Assembly (NCBI GenBank): GCA_045560455.1
Contig: JBJKZJ010000007.1
Coordinates: forward strand, 43,843-107,842
Length of the DNA: 64,000 nucleotides
Direction: 5' to 3'
Source: Luminiphilus sp.
Lineage (GTDB): Bacteria; Pseudomonadota; Gammaproteobacteria; Pseudomonadales; Halieaceae
Program-made: the position numbers and the translations under genes
Notes under the pieces: generated by a model
The model's database searches: none
Told to the model about the DNA's origin: nothing
The model's input: the letters and a program-made list of their open reading frames with translations, nothing else
Shown: piece after piece, positions 39,673-51,570 of the stretch
How positions within the stretch are numbered: position 1 is the stretch's first letter
How the letters are laid out: every line of letters begins with the position of its first letter

Positions 39673-41576
39673 GAACTGGCTCCCGGAGTGGTCGCAGCCA
39701 CTCGCCCTACGCCGCCGATCGACAGGGTTTTGACACGCCGCCCCCCGTACACGAGATTAATCAACGCGCGCGTGCCCATTATGGAACAGAACATGGATGT
39801 CAGGATGCCCACGGACAGCGTTACGGCGAATCCTTTCACCGGCCCCGTGCCGACAGCGTAGAGAATAATCGCCACAATCAGCGTTGTGATGTTGGCGTCG
39901 AGTATGGTGACGATCGCCCGCTCGAAGCCACTGTTGATCGCCGTCTGGGGTGACGCTCCCCCCCCTATCTCTTCTCGAATTCTCGCAAAGATCAGCACGT
40001 TGGCATCCACCGCCATGCCCACGGTCAGCACGATACCAGCGATCCCCGGCAGCGTTAGGGTGGCGCCCAATATGGACATCACGCCAACCAGTAAAACCAA
40101 ATTACCTGCCAGTGCCACCACGGCCGCGACACCAAAAACGCGGTAGTAAAGCATCATAAAAATGACAACCAGCGCCAGGCCTGCCTCTACCGACTTCATC
40201 CCCAGACGAATGTTCTCGGCGCCCAACGAGGGGCCGACGGTCCGCTCCTCAACAAAAGTGACCGGCGCGGCGAGGGCGCCGGCGCGTAACATCAAAGCGA
40301 GCTCCGAGGCCTCCGCGGGGTTGTCGAGACCCGTAATCTGGAATTGCGCGCCCAGCGCAGATTGAATGACCGGCGCGGTGAGCAGCTTCTTCTCATCGTA
40401 GGGGACACGCACCGCCGATTCCTCGCCGGCCTCGTCCTGCTCGTACCGTGTCCGGTATTTGCGCTCGATGAACAACACGCCCATACGCCGCTTGATGTTT
40501 GCACGGGTGGCACGGGACATCAGCATACCGCCCTCGCCATCGAGGCTGATCGTGACATTCGGCTGGCCGTTCTGGTCAAAACCTGCCTGCGCGTTGGAGA
40601 CGCTCTCCCCGGTGATGATGACATCACGTTCTAGCCACTCGGTCATGCCACCCCGATCTGCGCTCCGATACTCAAAACGCTGCCGCTGCGACACCGGCGC
40701 GTTGGATTCGGCCACCAGACGAAATTCAAGGTTCGCCACCTTGCCCAGAATACGCTTTGCCTCAGCGGTATCCTGAATGCCCGGCAACTCCACCACAATG
40801 CGGTTGCTGCCCTGACGCTGCACCAGAGGCTCAGAGACCCCTAACTCGTTGACGCGATTTCGTATCGTGGTGAGGTTCTGTGCCACCGCGTAGTCGATGA
40901 CTTGCTTGATCGTCTGCTCAGTGACCTGGGCATACAGTGACCAGGTATCACCCTCGTCGACGCGATCGAGGAACAGTTCCGGGTAAAGATCCACCACCTC
41001 GCGGCGAGCCGCCTCACGCTCATCCTCTGACCTGAACTGCATCGCTACTTGGCGGCTCTCGAGGCTCACTCGACCTCGAATCCTCTCTTCCCGCAGGCGC
41101 TTTTGGATGCCCGTCTCGTACTGCGTCAGCTTGCGCTCTGTCGCTGCATCGACGTCCACTTCAAGCTTGAAATGCACGCCCCCGCTGAGGTCCAGACCCA
41201 ACTTCATGGGCGTGGCACCGCCATCCAGTAGCCAATCGGGGGTAGTGGGCGCCAAATTGAGCGCCACAATAAATCCATCGCCCAATGCGCGGGAGAGAAT
41301 GGCTTGAGCTCGCAGTTGTTGCTCTCGATCGCTCAACCGGAAGAGCGCTGATTTGCCATCGTTTTGTAACGCCTCACCGAAGTAGTCAATGCCAGCCTCG
41401 TCCAGCGCTGTTCCGGCACGCGTCAATATGCGCTCGTCGATCTCCTGGGCGCTACTGGCTCCGGCAATCTGCAACGCGGGATCGGGCGCGTAAAGGTTGG
41501 GCGCCGCGTAGTACAAACCACACAGCGCAACAGTGAGAATCAGCAGGTTTTTCCAGAGGGGATAGCGGTTAATCAT
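39669..41576 (-). CDS. secD: Protein translocase SecD
   Basis: LGLDLSGG, RVNELGVSEP, VGPSLG, GMAVDANVLI. Confidence 0.96.
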   Translation of the reverse strand: MINRYPLWKNLLILTVALCGLYYAAPNLYAPDPALQIAGASSAQEIDERILTRAGTALDEAGIDYFGEALQNDGKSALFRLSDREQQLRAQAILSRALGDGFIVALNLAPTTPDWLLDGGATPMKLGLDLSGGVHFKLEVDVDAATERKLTQYETGIQKRLREERIRGRVSLESRQVAMQFRSEDEREAARREVVDLYPELFLDRVDEGDTWSLYAQVTEQTIKQVIDYAVAQNLTTIRNRVNELGVSEPLVQRQGSNRIVVELPGIQDTAEAKRILGKVANLEFRLVAESNAPVSQRQRFEYRSADRGGMTEWLERDVIITGESVSNAQAGFDQNGQPNVTISLDGEGGMLMSRATRANIKRRMGVLFIERKYRTRYEQDEAGEESAVRVPYDEKKLLTAPVIQSALGAQFQITGLDNPAEASELALMLRAGALAAPVTFVEERTVGPSLGAENIRLGMKSVEAGLALVVIFMMLYYRVFGVAAVVALAGNLVLLVGVMSILGATLTLPGIAGIVLTVGMAVDANVLIFARIREEIGGGASPQTAINSGFERAIVTILDANITTLIVAIILYAVGTGPVKGFAVTLSVGILTSMFCSIMGTRALINLVYGGRRVKTLSIGGVGRVAATTPGASS

Positions 41577-41666
41577 CGGTGCTTGGGAATCGGAGCCTAT
41601 GTGGCGGTTAGGGCATCAAACAGGCGCGGAGTGTAACCACTCCGCAACGGCAACACCATGTCATCA

Positions 41667-44600
41667 TTACCCAAGCCATACCCGGGCATTGCGAAACAGA
41701 CGCATCCAACCCGAATCATCACTCCACCCCGGTGGGCACCAAGACAACTGGCTCGCCCGGTAAACACGCTCGGGGTGCGGCATCATAATGGTCACCCGGC
41801 CGTCGGCACTGCATAGACCGGTAATACCGGCAGGGGAGCCATTGGGATTGGCAGGATAGGTTGACGCAACCTGAAGGTCGTTCTCGATAAAACGTAACGA
41901 GACCAAACCCGAGGATTCGAGCGCCTCGCATCGCGCTGCGTCGGCGAATTGGGCACGGCCCTCGCCATGCGCCACAACGATGGGAAGATGCGAGCCCTCC
42001 ATCCCCGACAGCAAAATAGAGGGTGACGCCTCTACCCTGACCAAAGCCAGTCGCGCCTCGTACTGCTCTGATAAATTGCGGGCAAATCGCGGCCAGTGAC
42101 TCGACCCTGGAATGATTTCCTGTAGTGCTGACATCATCTGACAGCCATTACAGACGCCTAATGCGAAGGTGTCACTGCGCTCAAAGAAATCGGCGAATCG
42201 CTGCCTGACAGCGTCATTGAACAGGATATTTTTTGCCCACCCCTCTCCCGCGCCCAACACATCGCCGTAGGAGAATCCGCCGCAGGCGACCAGACCATGG
42301 CAATCGCTCAAGGTCTCGTGCCCCATCATCACATCACTCATGTGAAAGTCGATTGCCGTGAATCCGGCTCGGTCAAAAGCAGCCGCCATTTCCATGTGGC
42401 CATTGACGCCCTGCTCCCGCAGGATCGCGATTCTGGGTCGCTTGCCTGAGATGATGAACGGCGCAGCAATGTCTTCATCACATTCAAAGGTGAGATGCGC
42501 AGATAAGCCGGGATCGGGGGCCTGAATCGCCGCAAATTCCTGATCAGCACAAACAGCGTTATCTCGCAGACGTGCTATGGCATGACTGGTTTGCGCCCAC
42601 AAGGACTGCAACGCACCTCGCCGGCTATCTACCAGCTCGAACTGTGGCGTATTAATCACGATCCGCTCGTCCTCGCGAGGGGTGGCAACCTCAGTGACGG
42701 CGCCCCCCAAACCCACCTTTTCGGCGAGCGCCATCAGCTGCACCTCGTGCTCACGGGCGACCTGAATGACCACGCCAATTTCCTCGGAAAATAAGCGCGC
42801 GTTGGCCTCATCAGGGTTCACGTCCAGATTGATGTCGAGACCACAGCGACCAGCGAACGCCATTTCGAGTAGGGTCACCAACAGGCCGCCATCTGACCGG
42901 TCGTGGTAGGCCAATAGCCAGTCCCGCTCTCGCGCCTCGCTGATCAACGCGAATAGGGCCAGTACGTCGGCTGGTTCTACATCTGGCGCGGTATGGCCCA
43001 TGTGCTGCCATACCTGAGCCAGCACAGAGCCACCCAGCCGATCGCGTCCGCGGCCGAGATCAACCAGCAACAGCACCGTTTCATCACGGGGGAGCAACAT
43101 GGGCGTGAGCGTCCCCCGAGCGTCATCGCAGGAAGCGAAAGCAGAGACAATGAGCGAGACTGGCGCGGTGACCGCGCGATCTCCCTCAGCGGTGTCCCAT
43201 ACCGTGCGCATCGACATCGAGTCTTTACCGACTGGTATGGTAATGCCGAGCGCCGGGCAGAATGTCCTACCTACTGCTTCAACGGTGTCATACAGCACCG
43301 CATCGTCCCCGTCATACCCGGCGGCGCACATCCAGTTTGCAGACAACTTGATGTCGTTCAAAGCGGTAATAGGTGCCGCCAGTATGTTGGTAATCGCCTC
43401 AGCCACCGCCAAGCGACCGGCGGCGGGCCCATCAAGCAGTGCTACCGGGGTACGTTCCCCCATCGCCATGGCTTCGCCTAGGTGAGAATCCAGAGACACG
43501 GTCGTCACGGCACAGTCTGCGACAGGCACCTGCCAAGGCCCCACCATCTGATCCCTTGCGACCATGCCTGTGACGCTCCGGTCACCAATTGTGATGAGGA
43601 AACTCTTAGACGCCACCGCTGGGAAGGTCAGTACCCGCTCCAAGGATTCAGTGGGCGACACTGCGCTTGCATCAAATTGATCGGTCACCGGTGGGCGGCG
43701 GCTCGTTTGCCTGTGCATCTTGGGGGGTTTGCCAAACAACACCGACATGGGGATATCCACGGGGGCATTGTCAAACTGGCTATCTGCCACCAGCAGGTGC
43801 TCTGCTTCAGTGGCCTCGCCGACTACCGCGTAAGGACATCGCTCTCGCTCGCAGATGGCCTCAAATCGACTCAATTCCTCTGGCTCGACCGCCAGCACGT
43901 AGCGCTCCTGCGATTCGTTACACCAGATTTCCAGTGGCGTCATTCCGGGTTCGTCATTCGGCACAGCGCGCAGTTCAAAACGTCCACCTCGGCCGCCGTC
44001 TTTGACCAACTCCGGCAAGGCATTGCTCAACCCGCCGGCACCCACATCATGGATGAAAGCAATAGGGTTGCGTTCGCCGAGGCCCCAGCACCGGTCAATG
44101 ACCTCCTGACAGCGCCGCTGTATCTCGGGGTTTTGTCGCTGCACGGAGGCAAAATCGAGATCTTCGGCGCTGTCGCCGCTGGCCATGGAGGAGGCTGCGC
44201 CCCCGCCCAAGCCAATCAGCATAGCCGGCCCACCCAGTACGATCAGTTTTGCGCCTGCTGAATAATCGCCCTTTTCAACATGCTCCGCTCGGATGTTGCC
44301 AAAACCGCCAGCGATCATAATCGGCTTGTGGTAGCCCCGGACGCCCTGAGTCGTGGCGGACTCAAAGCTACGAAAATAGCCGGCCAAATTCGGGCGTCCG
44401 AACTCATTGTTGAACGCGGCTGCGCCAATCGGACCTTCGATCATGATCTGCAGCGGCGAGACAATGCGGTCGGGACGCCCGTAGTTCAACTCCCAGGGGC
44501 GGGGTTGACCGGGGATTTCCAGATGGGAAACCGAAAATCCAACCAGTCCCGCCTTGGGACGGGAGCCACGCCCCACGGCCCCCTCATCGCGGATTTCACC

Positions 44601-45542
44601 GCCCGCACCGGTGCCGGCTCCGGAAAACGGTGAAATCGCCGTGGGATGGTTGTGGGTCTCTACCTTCATAAGCAGATGAATCGGCTCGTCGTGAAAACGC
44701 CAGACGCGGTCCCGCTCGTCGGGATAAAAGCGTCCCCCCGTGTGCCCTGACACGACCGCCGCATTATCCGAATAAGCGGACAGCACATTGTCGCCGCCCA
44801 CCTCGGCAGTATGTCGGATCATGTCGAAGAGCGAGTGTGCCTGCTCGGCGCCGTCAACCTCCCAACTGGCATTGAAGATTTTGTGCCGACAGTGCTCGGA
44901 ATTGGCTTGCGCAAACATCATGAGTTCGATGTCACGTGGATTACGACCCAAATCCGTGAAGGCATCGACCAAATAAGTCATTTCGTCGTCGGTCAGCGCC
45001 AGTCCCAGTTCGCGGTTGGCGATGAAAAGCGCCTCCGCACCCACACCCAGAACATTTACCTCCTGGTAGCTCCTTGAGGCGGACCGCTCAAAGAGCGGCT
45101 GGAGAGCGTCAAGGGAATCCACCACCATCTCGGTCATTCGATCATGTATGAGCGCATCTAACGGCCGCAGATCCTGATCTGCGGTCAGGCCATCAACGCC
45201 AATCACCGTCACGCGCTCGATACGGTCAACGCCGGTGAAACCGCAGTTGCGGGCGATATCGGTCGCCTTACTCGACCACGGCGAGATCGTGCCAAACCGC
45301 GGTGTGACAATGCGATGCCCGTGGCGATGCAAAGCTTCAGTGTCTGCGGGCGTCGCGGTACCCGGCTGTAACAGGGCTGCCAACCGATCTTGGTTCAGGG
45401 GAGCTCCCGCCGCCACATCAACCGCGTAGGCATAGTTGACCTCACGGAGCCTCAGTGACGGGTCCAGCGCAGTCACGCTCTCCGCCAGAAATTGAAAACG
45501 AGCGTCAGATAGCGCAGCGGATCCGGGCAGGACTAGCATCAA
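41667..45542 (-). CDS. purL: FGAM synthase (large form)
   Basis: [37 protein letters not shown]; 1291 aa. Confidence 0.97.
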   Translation of the reverse strand: MMLVLPGSAALSDARFQFLAESVTALDPSLRLREVNYAYAVDVAAGAPLNQDRLAALLQPGTATPADTEALHRHGHRIVTPRFGTISPWSSKATDIARNCGFTGVDRIERVTVIGVDGLTADQDLRPLDALIHDRMTEMVVDSLDALQPLFERSASRSYQEVNVLGVGAEALFIANRELGLALTDDEMTYLVDAFTDLGRNPRDIELMMFAQANSEHCRHKIFNASWEVDGAEQAHSLFDMIRHTAEVGGDNVLSAYSDNAAVVSGHTGGRFYPDERDRVWRFHDEPIHLLMKVETHNHPTAISPFSGAGTGAGGEIRDEGAVGRGSRPKAGLVGFSVSHLEIPGQPRPWELNYGRPDRIVSPLQIMIEGPIGAAAFNNEFGRPNLAGYFRSFESATTQGVRGYHKPIMIAGGFGNIRAEHVEKGDYSAGAKLIVLGGPAMLIGLGGGAASSMASGDSAEDLDFASVQRQNPEIQRRCQEVIDRCWGLGERNPIAFIHDVGAGGLSNALPELVKDGGRGGRFELRAVPNDEPGMTPLEIWCNESQERYVLAVEPEELSRFEAICERERCPYAVVGEATEAEHLLVADSQFDNAPVDIPMSVLFGKPPKMHRQTSRRPPVTDQFDASAVSPTESLERVLTFPAVASKSFLITIGDRSVTGMVARDQMVGPWQVPVADCAVTTVSLDSHLGEAMAMGERTPVALLDGPAAGRLAVAEAITNILAAPITALNDIKLSANWMCAAGYDGDDAVLYDTVEAVGRTFCPALGITIPVGKDSMSMRTVWDTAEGDRAVTAPVSLIVSAFASCDDARGTLTPMLLPRDETVLLLVDLGRGRDRLGGSVLAQVWQHMGHTAPDVEPADVLALFALISEARERDWLLAYHDRSDGGLLVTLLEMAFAGRCGLDINLDVNPDEANARLFSEEIGVVIQVAREHEVQLMALAEKVGLGGAVTEVATPREDERIVINTPQFELVDSRRGALQSLWAQTSHAIARLRDNAVCADQEFAAIQAPDPGLSAHLTFECDEDIAAPFIISGKRPRIAILREQGVNGHMEMAAAFDRAGFTAIDFHMSDVMMGHETLSDCHGLVACGGFSYGDVLGAGEGWAKNILFNDAVRQRFADFFERSDTFALGVCNGCQMMSALQEIIPGSSHWPRFARNLSEQYEARLALVRVEASPSILLSGMEGSHLPIVVAHGEGRAQFADAARCEALESSGLVSLRFIENDLQVASTYPANPNGSPAGITGLCSADGRVTIMMPHPERVYRASQLSWCPPGWSDDSGWMRLFRNARVWLG

Positions 45543-45694
45543 GGATTCCTGATCTTACGGGCGGGGCGAGTATACCGCAGCGGCCGTCCCGCATATATGC
45601 CCAAAGGTCACAACCAGCCTCCGTAGCACCCGATTCATGGCGTCTCGCTGCCCTAGTGGTATCGCTGCTATCACAGAAGCCATACAATCGATAA

Positions 45695-47116
45695 ATGCTC
45701 CGACTCGTCTTATTATTCTTTTTGCTCAACGGACTGCAGTCAGGGTGCACGGACAATTCGGAGCTTGCGTCGCCCCAATCTGGCGACGAACTGGTGGTTG
45801 TCACGCGGAATACTCCAACGACCTACTATTTTGCAGGTGATCGGGCCTCGGGGTTCGATTATGCGCTGATCAGACAATTCGCTAGGGAGCACAATCTGTC
45901 CCTGCGTATCAAAGTGGCTTTCAGCTTGCCCGAGGTATTCGACATGATCGCCTCGGGTCAGGCACACCTTGCCGCGGCGGGTCTCAGCCAGAGTGCGGAG
46001 CGGGACGCCCAGTTTTTGGCATCCGAGCCCTATTTGGAGCAGCAACCCTTGGTTGTTTATAAATCGGGTGCGCAACGACCCAGAACGCTTCGAGATCTGG
46101 TCGATAGAGATATCGTCATCATAGCGGGAAGCGTACATGTCCAACTGCTCAAGCGGCTGAGAGAAGATTACTCCGAATTGTCCTGGCGCGAGGTTCACGC
46201 TGCGGACTCGCTGGAGTTAATGCAACTGATCACCGAAGAGAAGGCGGAGCTGGCGGTCGTTGATTCCATTGAGTTCAGCGTGCAACAGCCCTTGTTTCCG
46301 CGTGTGGTGGCGGCGATGGAGATCGGCACGCCGACTCCCATCGTGTGGTATCTGCCTCAATCCACCACGGCAACGCAGTTCCTGGAGACGGTCAATGGCT
46401 TTATCACCGACGCCGGAGAGTCTGGATTTATTGCCCAATTACGGCGGCAGCATTTTGGTCGCTACGAGAACGTATCCCGGGTGGGTTCGCTCACTTTTCA
46501 ACGCAAAATTCAAAGCGATCTACCCGCGTGGCGGCCACTGCTTGAGACGGTCGCAGATGAATACCAGATGGACTGGCGGTTGCTCGCAGCCATTGCGTAT
46601 CAGGAATCACATTGGAACCCGAAAGCGCATTCACGCACTGGCGTTGAGGGCATGATGATGTTGACGCGGGCAACCGCGAGCGAGATGGGGGTGGCGGACC
46701 GCACTGATGCCGGACAGAGCTTGCGGGGTGGTGCACGATTTTTCAAAAACCTGTTGCGACGCCTGCCCTCTGATATCGAAGAGCCTCACCGCACCTCCAT
46801 GGCATTGGCTTCTTACAACATTGGCTTGGGTCATCTTGAAGATGCGAGGGTGCTGACGGAGCGCGCTGGTGGCAACCCACACTTCTGGCAGGATGTCCGG
46901 GCTCATCTACCGAAACTGCAGAACCCTGACTTCTTTCCCATTACCAAATTCGGCTTTGCTGAGGGCCAGACCGCGGTGACCTACGTTGACAATATCCGAC
47001 ACTACGAGGGCATGCTGTCACTGCAGAATCTCCCCCACAGCCGGCTATCGCCACCCATTGTTCTGGATGATCTGCTCCCGGAGTACCTACAAAAAACGCA
47101 CTCACCGATTCTGTAA
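45695..47116 (+). CDS. mltF: Membrane-bound lytic transglycosylase MltF
   Basis: Solute-binding-like N-domain, AYQESHW, GMMML, YNIGLGH; purL-mltF-tadA synteny. Confidence 0.9.
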   Translation: MLRLVLLFFLLNGLQSGCTDNSELASPQSGDELVVVTRNTPTTYYFAGDRASGFDYALIRQFAREHNLSLRIKVAFSLPEVFDMIASGQAHLAAAGLSQSAERDAQFLASEPYLEQQPLVVYKSGAQRPRTLRDLVDRDIVIIAGSVHVQLLKRLREDYSELSWREVHAADSLELMQLITEEKAELAVVDSIEFSVQQPLFPRVVAAMEIGTPTPIVWYLPQSTTATQFLETVNGFITDAGESGFIAQLRRQHFGRYENVSRVGSLTFQRKIQSDLPAWRPLLETVADEYQMDWRLLAAIAYQESHWNPKAHSRTGVEGMMMLTRATASEMGVADRTDAGQSLRGGARFFKNLLRRLPSDIEEPHRTSMALASYNIGLGHLEDARVLTERAGGNPHFWQDVRAHLPKLQNPDFFPITKFGFAEGQTAVTYVDNIRHYEGMLSLQNLPHSRLSPPIVLDDLLPEYLQKTHSPIL

Positions 47117-47130
47117 AGCGCCGAGGTTCG

Positions 47131-47616
47131 TCAGTCGGCAGCCTCATCTGCAGCGGCGCCCCTGCGGAGTTGAAAAAACTGGCGCAGCAGCAGAGCACTC
47201 TCGTCGCCCAGCAGTCCCTCATGCCACACTACCCCATGATTCAGCGCCGGGTTATCCAGTAGCGAAGCCGTGCTGACAACCGCGCCCGCACGGGGCTCCC
47301 GCGCGGCAAAAATCACTGCCCCAACACGCGCATGCACCAAGGCCCCGCAGCACATCGTGCAGGGTTCCAGCGTCACATAAAGGGTTGTGCCCGGAAGCCG
47401 ATAATTACCGTCCCTGACGCCAGCTTCTCTCAAAACCCGAATTTCGGCGTGGGCCGTCGCGTCGTGAAGCTCTATCTGCGCGTTGCCGCCATGGGCGAGC
47501 ACCACCTCGCCGCGCGTCAGCACCGCACCTACCGGCACCTCACCGCGGTTCGCCGCACGCTGGGCCTCTTCCAAGGCCAAGGTCATGCAACGCTGATCCC
47601 ATTCGCTGAAACTCAC
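47131..47616 (-). CDS. tadA: tRNA adenosine(34) deaminase
   Basis: GEVPVGA, HAE, LEPCTMC. Confidence 0.93.
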   Translation of the reverse strand: MSFSEWDQRCMTLALEEAQRAANRGEVPVGAVLTRGEVVLAHGGNAQIELHDATAHAEIRVLREAGVRDGNYRLPGTTLYVTLEPCTMCCGALVHARVGAVIFAAREPRAGAVVSTASLLDNPALNHGVVWHEGLLGDESALLLRQFFQLRRGAAADEAAD

Positions 47617-48245
47617 AATGGCGCCTCGCTATAAAATTGCCAGCACAGCAAGGCCAGCGCACTGCGGTAGGGGGAAAAAGCGCCACCCTCAAAGATCACC
47701 TTTTTCTCATCCGGGCGGTCCTTCCAACCCATTATCCGGCCAAACCCCACCCGCACCGCAAGATCACCGCTGGGCCAAATGTCGGGGCGCCCAAGCGAGA
47801 ACATCATATACATGTGCGCAGACCAGCGCCCGAAACCCCGCACGGCCGTAATCGCGGCCTCGACTTCCTCATCGGCGAGCTCGGGCAGGGTTTCGATCGG
47901 TAAGTCACCAGAAATCACCGCCTCTGCCAAGGACTGCAGATAACCTATTTTCTGACGCGAGAGTCCCGCAGCTCTGAGTTGGTCCGGGGCGGTGGCGAGC
48001 AAGCTCTCGGGCTGCAATGCACCCCCCACTGTCTCGTCAACCCGCTGGGCAATGGTAGCGGCGGCTTTGACCGATAGTTGCTGGCCCATCACGATTCTCG
48101 CCAGAGATTCGAAGGAATGTTCTCGTCGCCGCGACGGGGGGTACCCCACCTGAGCAATGGCGCGCGCCACTGACGTGTGGTCCTCGGCCAACGCATCCAG
48201 CGCTTTGCGAATGTGCGCGTCTGTCAGGGCGAATCTCCGTCTCAC
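47613..48245 (-). CDS. DNA-3-methyladenine glycosylase (AlkA-like, HhH-GPD)
   Basis: GQQLS, GLSRQK, VRGFGRWSA, PSGDLAV, PYRS. Confidence 0.87.
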   Translation of the reverse strand: MRRRFALTDAHIRKALDALAEDHTSVARAIAQVGYPPSRRREHSFESLARIVMGQQLSVKAAATIAQRVDETVGGALQPESLLATAPDQLRAAGLSRQKIGYLQSLAEAVISGDLPIETLPELADEEVEAAITAVRGFGRWSAHMYMMFSLGRPDIWPSGDLAVRVGFGRIMGWKDRPDEKKVIFEGGAFSPYRSALALLCWQFYSEAPL

Positions 48246-48260
48246 GGGACGAAGCCGGTG

Positions 48261-48809
48261 TCAGCCATGCACTGGATACCCCAACCATCCATGGGCATAG
48301 GCCGCCACGCCATACAATGCCAGTGTGGCCCCAATGGCTGCGCACTCCCGCGGCAGTGACGGATCAGGCTTGTTTAGCGGAGACTTGCTGTCCTGTTTAT
48401 TGATGATCACCACTTCGAGCACTGCCCACACGAGCAAACCACCGAAAAGTATTAGCGACGCGGAGTCGCCATTCACAAGCAGATGCGCCAGCGCCCACAG
48501 CTTCACCGCCGTCAACTGCGGGTGACGAATCACGCGCGCAACGCGGGTGCGCAGCTGCGATCCGACAATAAAGTAAAAGCCCAGGTATACCAGCACGTTG
48601 TTCACCCCAACCCACGCGGCCTGGCGACCCCACCACACCGTCGTCGAGGCCTGCTGGTAACCCAAAGTCATCAGTACCACAGAGGTCAACAAGAGCAGCG
48701 CCATCAGCGGTCTGCCGGCATTAGCAAGCCTCGCTCGTGCCCCGGGCGCGACGCGTTTAAACAAATGCGCGCCGCTCCATACCAGGACGCCACTCACCAA
48801 AACCATCAT
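48261..48809 (-). CDS. NnrU-family membrane protein
   Basis: IRHPQL, WALAHLLVNGD. Confidence 0.85.
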   Translation of the reverse strand: MMVLVSGVLVWSGAHLFKRVAPGARARLANAGRPLMALLLLTSVVLMTLGYQQASTTVWWGRQAAWVGVNNVLVYLGFYFIVGSQLRTRVARVIRHPQLTAVKLWALAHLLVNGDSASLILFGGLLVWAVLEVVIINKQDSKSPLNKPDPSLPRECAAIGATLALYGVAAYAHGWLGYPVHG

Positions 48810-48867
48810 GGCCTGATGGGCACCTCACAAAACGAAGCGGATGACGTCACGACAGCGCGCCCTGATG

Positions 48868-49641
48868 TCACTGCTTGGCAGCTCGTTGGCGCAGCGACGC
48901 CAGCCGAGCGCTCATCTGGCTGTAGTCCACGGTCTTGGCAAAGGCATTGCCGCGCTCGCCCTCAAGCACCAGCGCGTCACCCAGCGTCTTCTTGACGCCA
49001 TCGTTCATCAGTGCCTTCAGCGCGAAAACCGCCTTGGGGTCGGCATCTGCGATTTGGGCAGCACTCGCCAACGCTTCGTCCAGCAGGCTGTCTTCGGCGC
49101 AGACCCGATTGACCAGACCCCAGGTTTCGGCACGCTCAGCATCAATGAAGTTGCCGGTCAAGCTCATCTCGCGCGCGCGATTGATGCCAATAATGCGCGA
49201 CAACTTCTGGGACAAACCCCAACCGGGCAAGATGCCCACACGGGCGTGGGTGTCGGCAAAGCGCGCGTGCTCACTCGCAAATAGATAATCACAGGCCAGA
49301 GCCAGCTCAAACCCACCGGTGACTGCAGCACCATTCACTGCACCGATAATGGGCTGGGGGCACTGCTCCAGTGCGACCACAATCGGCGATTCTGGCCCGA
49401 GACCGAGTCCGCTCGACAGTAGCTCGGGTTCATCCGTCAACGCTTTCAGATCGACCCCTGCGCAAAACGCGCGGCCCGAACCGGTCAACACAATGGCTCG
49501 CACTCCCTCATCGGCTGCGAGGTCGGCAAAGGTGGCGATGATGGCCTCAGACAATTCTCTATTGAGTGCGTTATGCGCGTCGGGACGATTTAAGGTCACG
49601 AGCGCGACACCTGCTTCTTGATGCACTTCGATAACAGACAC
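48868..49641 (-). CDS. Enoyl-CoA hydratase/isomerase
   Basis: AFCAGVDL, NGAAVTGGFELALACD, FADTHARVG. Confidence 0.9.
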   Translation of the reverse strand: MSVIEVHQEAGVALVTLNRPDAHNALNRELSEAIIATFADLAADEGVRAIVLTGSGRAFCAGVDLKALTDEPELLSSGLGLGPESPIVVALEQCPQPIIGAVNGAAVTGGFELALACDYLFASEHARFADTHARVGILPGWGLSQKLSRIIGINRAREMSLTGNFIDAERAETWGLVNRVCAEDSLLDEALASAAQIADADPKAVFALKALMNDGVKKTLGDALVLEGERGNAFAKTVDYSQMSARLASLRQRAAKQ

Positions 49642-49851
49642 GGTGATACCTCGAGGAATAGTGGAAGCGTCAACGTATCAAACCGGCAGAGTTGAGAACA
49701 GTCCTGCCACTGTCGGCATCAAAAGTTGTCGGCTACCCGTGCCATATACGCGCGCCATCGCGAGAGCATTGACCCGCTCGCTACGATGGTTCGAGGCAGG
49801 ATCGGGTGAGAAAGGTCGCGTTTTCTCTGACGGCCTATTGGCTACTCCTCG

Positions 49852-50919
49852 CTACCAGGCAGGTTGCATCCGCACCTGATCGGGGATGGTGTTAGCGTGG
49901 GTGGGTAACAGGAACAACCGCGCAAAGGTCACCCCGGAGCCGACCATATAGCCCAGCTTTTTCAGCATCGCCATCGGACCCCGCTCACCCTCAAGCGCGT
50001 CGCGAGCCACCTGCAGAGCCCGCATTCGCTCGAGCCCAGCGCGAAACCGGGGATCATCGATGTTCAGTGTCAACGGGAACACCTGGCGCGATATCTCGGT
50101 GGTGATATCAAACACCGTGTAATCAAACTCGGTCACATCCATACCAAACGCCTCATATAGCTTGGGACGGGAGTGATCTCTGACATACATGGTCGAGTAA
50201 ACAGCGAGGAGGAAAAAACGAATCCACAGTTTATTGACCCCACTGAGTAACTTGGGGTCGGAGCGCATGATCAGCGCAAAGGCTTCGCCGTGAGCAAACT
50301 CGTCATTGCACCACTCCAAGAACCATTTGAAGATCGGATGGAATCGCTTCTCGGGGTGTCTTTCAAGGTGACGATAAATCGTGATGTAGCGCGCGTAACC
50401 GATTTTCTCTGACAAATACGTGGCGTAGTAAATGTACTTGGGCTTGAAGTAGGTGTACTCCTTTTCCCGCTTTAACACACCAAGATCAACGGCGACGCCC
50501 AATTTATTGAGCGCCTTATTGATAAAGCCTGCGTGCCGGGACTCGTCCCGGGCCATGTATCGCATCAGCTTGGCGATATCCGGGTTACTGACGTTCTTTT
50601 CAATTTCCTGATACAGCACGCAACCCGAATATTCGGCGGTGATGGAAGACACCAGCAGATCGAGAAATTCTTCCTTCAATTCCGGGTCTGACTCAAGAAT
50701 GCTGGGGTCATATTCGTAGTTCTGTTTGAAGTGGCCACGATTTGTATCGAGCTCGAAGTCTCGCATCATCTGATCCCACTCCGCGCGCACGGGTGCAACG
50801 TCAATATGCTCCATCGCAGCATAATCAGTGCAATAAAACCGCGGCGCTAACGGCTGGCTCTCCAACGCTTGCTGCGTGGTCAGATTCGGTGCTGCACTAC
50901 CCGCAGGTGCTTCCGTCAT
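49852..50919 (-). CDS. acsF: Aerobic Mg-protoporphyrin IX monomethyl ester cyclase
   Basis: [43 protein letters not shown]. Confidence 0.95.
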   Translation of the reverse strand: MTEAPAGSAAPNLTTQQALESQPLAPRFYCTDYAAMEHIDVAPVRAEWDQMMRDFELDTNRGHFKQNYEYDPSILESDPELKEEFLDLLVSSITAEYSGCVLYQEIEKNVSNPDIAKLMRYMARDESRHAGFINKALNKLGVAVDLGVLKREKEYTYFKPKYIYYATYLSEKIGYARYITIYRHLERHPEKRFHPIFKWFLEWCNDEFAHGEAFALIMRSDPKLLSGVNKLWIRFFLLAVYSTMYVRDHSRPKLYEAFGMDVTEFDYTVFDITTEISRQVFPLTLNIDDPRFRAGLERMRALQVARDALEGERGPMAMLKKLGYMVGSGVTFARLFLLPTHANTIPDQVRMQPAW

Positions 50920-50982
50920 GGCATCCCCCCCTGTCAATGATCAGGCCCCGTCTCAACGCAGATCGGGGCTTGTCCATGTTTA

Positions 50983-51024
50983 TGTCCACTTTATTTAACA
51001 CTAATCTGTCAATTTTATTTGACT
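50983..51024. promoter_or_regulatory. Tandem PpsR/CrtJ-type boxes
   Basis: TGT-CCACTTTATTTA-ACA (50983-51000, exact TGT-N12-ACA) and TGTCAA-TTTTAT-TTGACT (51007-51024, one mismatch), 6 nt apart. Confidence 0.75.
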
Positions 51025-51102
51025 AATGGCTATCAAGCAAGCAAGCTCTTAGCTGGGGGATGAGCACAGATGCATAACACATTGCAATGAAGGCACCCCA
51101 CC

Positions 51103-51570
51103 ATGTCACAGCACGCGACTTCCAGCAGTCCTCCACTGCCCTCCGATGAACCCCTCTACCACCTTGGCTATGTCAGTACTGAAGCAGCACCTTTCTCTCA
51201 GATAGATTTGGTCGAGTTGCTCGCCGTTGCTCGCAACGCCAACACCGAGCGAGACGTCACGGGACTACTCCTGTATCGGGAGGGCTGCTTTTATCAGGTC
51301 CTTGAGGGAAACGAGTTCTCAGTCAAAAAAACGTTCAGCGAAATCGAGCAGGATCCGCGACACCATAGCGTGCGGGTCCTTTTCAAAGGCGAAACCGAAT
51401 CAAGAGAATTTGCCGAGTGGCAGATGGGTTTTTTGAATCTGGATGGCATGGATCTGGAGGCGCTGAGTGGCTTTTCCGATTTCCTGACGAGGGACGCGGA
51501 GCCTCGGGAGTTTTTAGAAAATCTGAGCCGCGGCAAACGGCTGGCCTTAATGTTCAGGACGCTTGACTGA
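51103..51570 (+). CDS. Short BLUF-domain photoreceptor
   Basis: YVS, ARNAN...VTGLL, FYQVLEG, IEQDPRH, EWQM (Tyr, Gln, Trp, Met present). Confidence 0.92.
   Translation: MSQHATSSSPPLPSDEPLYHLGYVSTEAAPFSQIDLVELLAVARNANTERDVTGLLLYREGCFYQVLEGNEFSVKKTFSEIEQDPRHHSVRVLFKGETESREFAEWQMGFLNLDGMDLEALSGFSDFLTRDAEPREFLENLSRGKRLALMFRTLD

Noticed and set aside
43482-44261. 259-aa plus-strand ORF
   Set aside because: Antisense shadow of purL.
48261-48809. NnrU as evidence of denitrification
   Set aside because: No nir or nor genes in the window; NnrU-family genes occur widely without that pathway.
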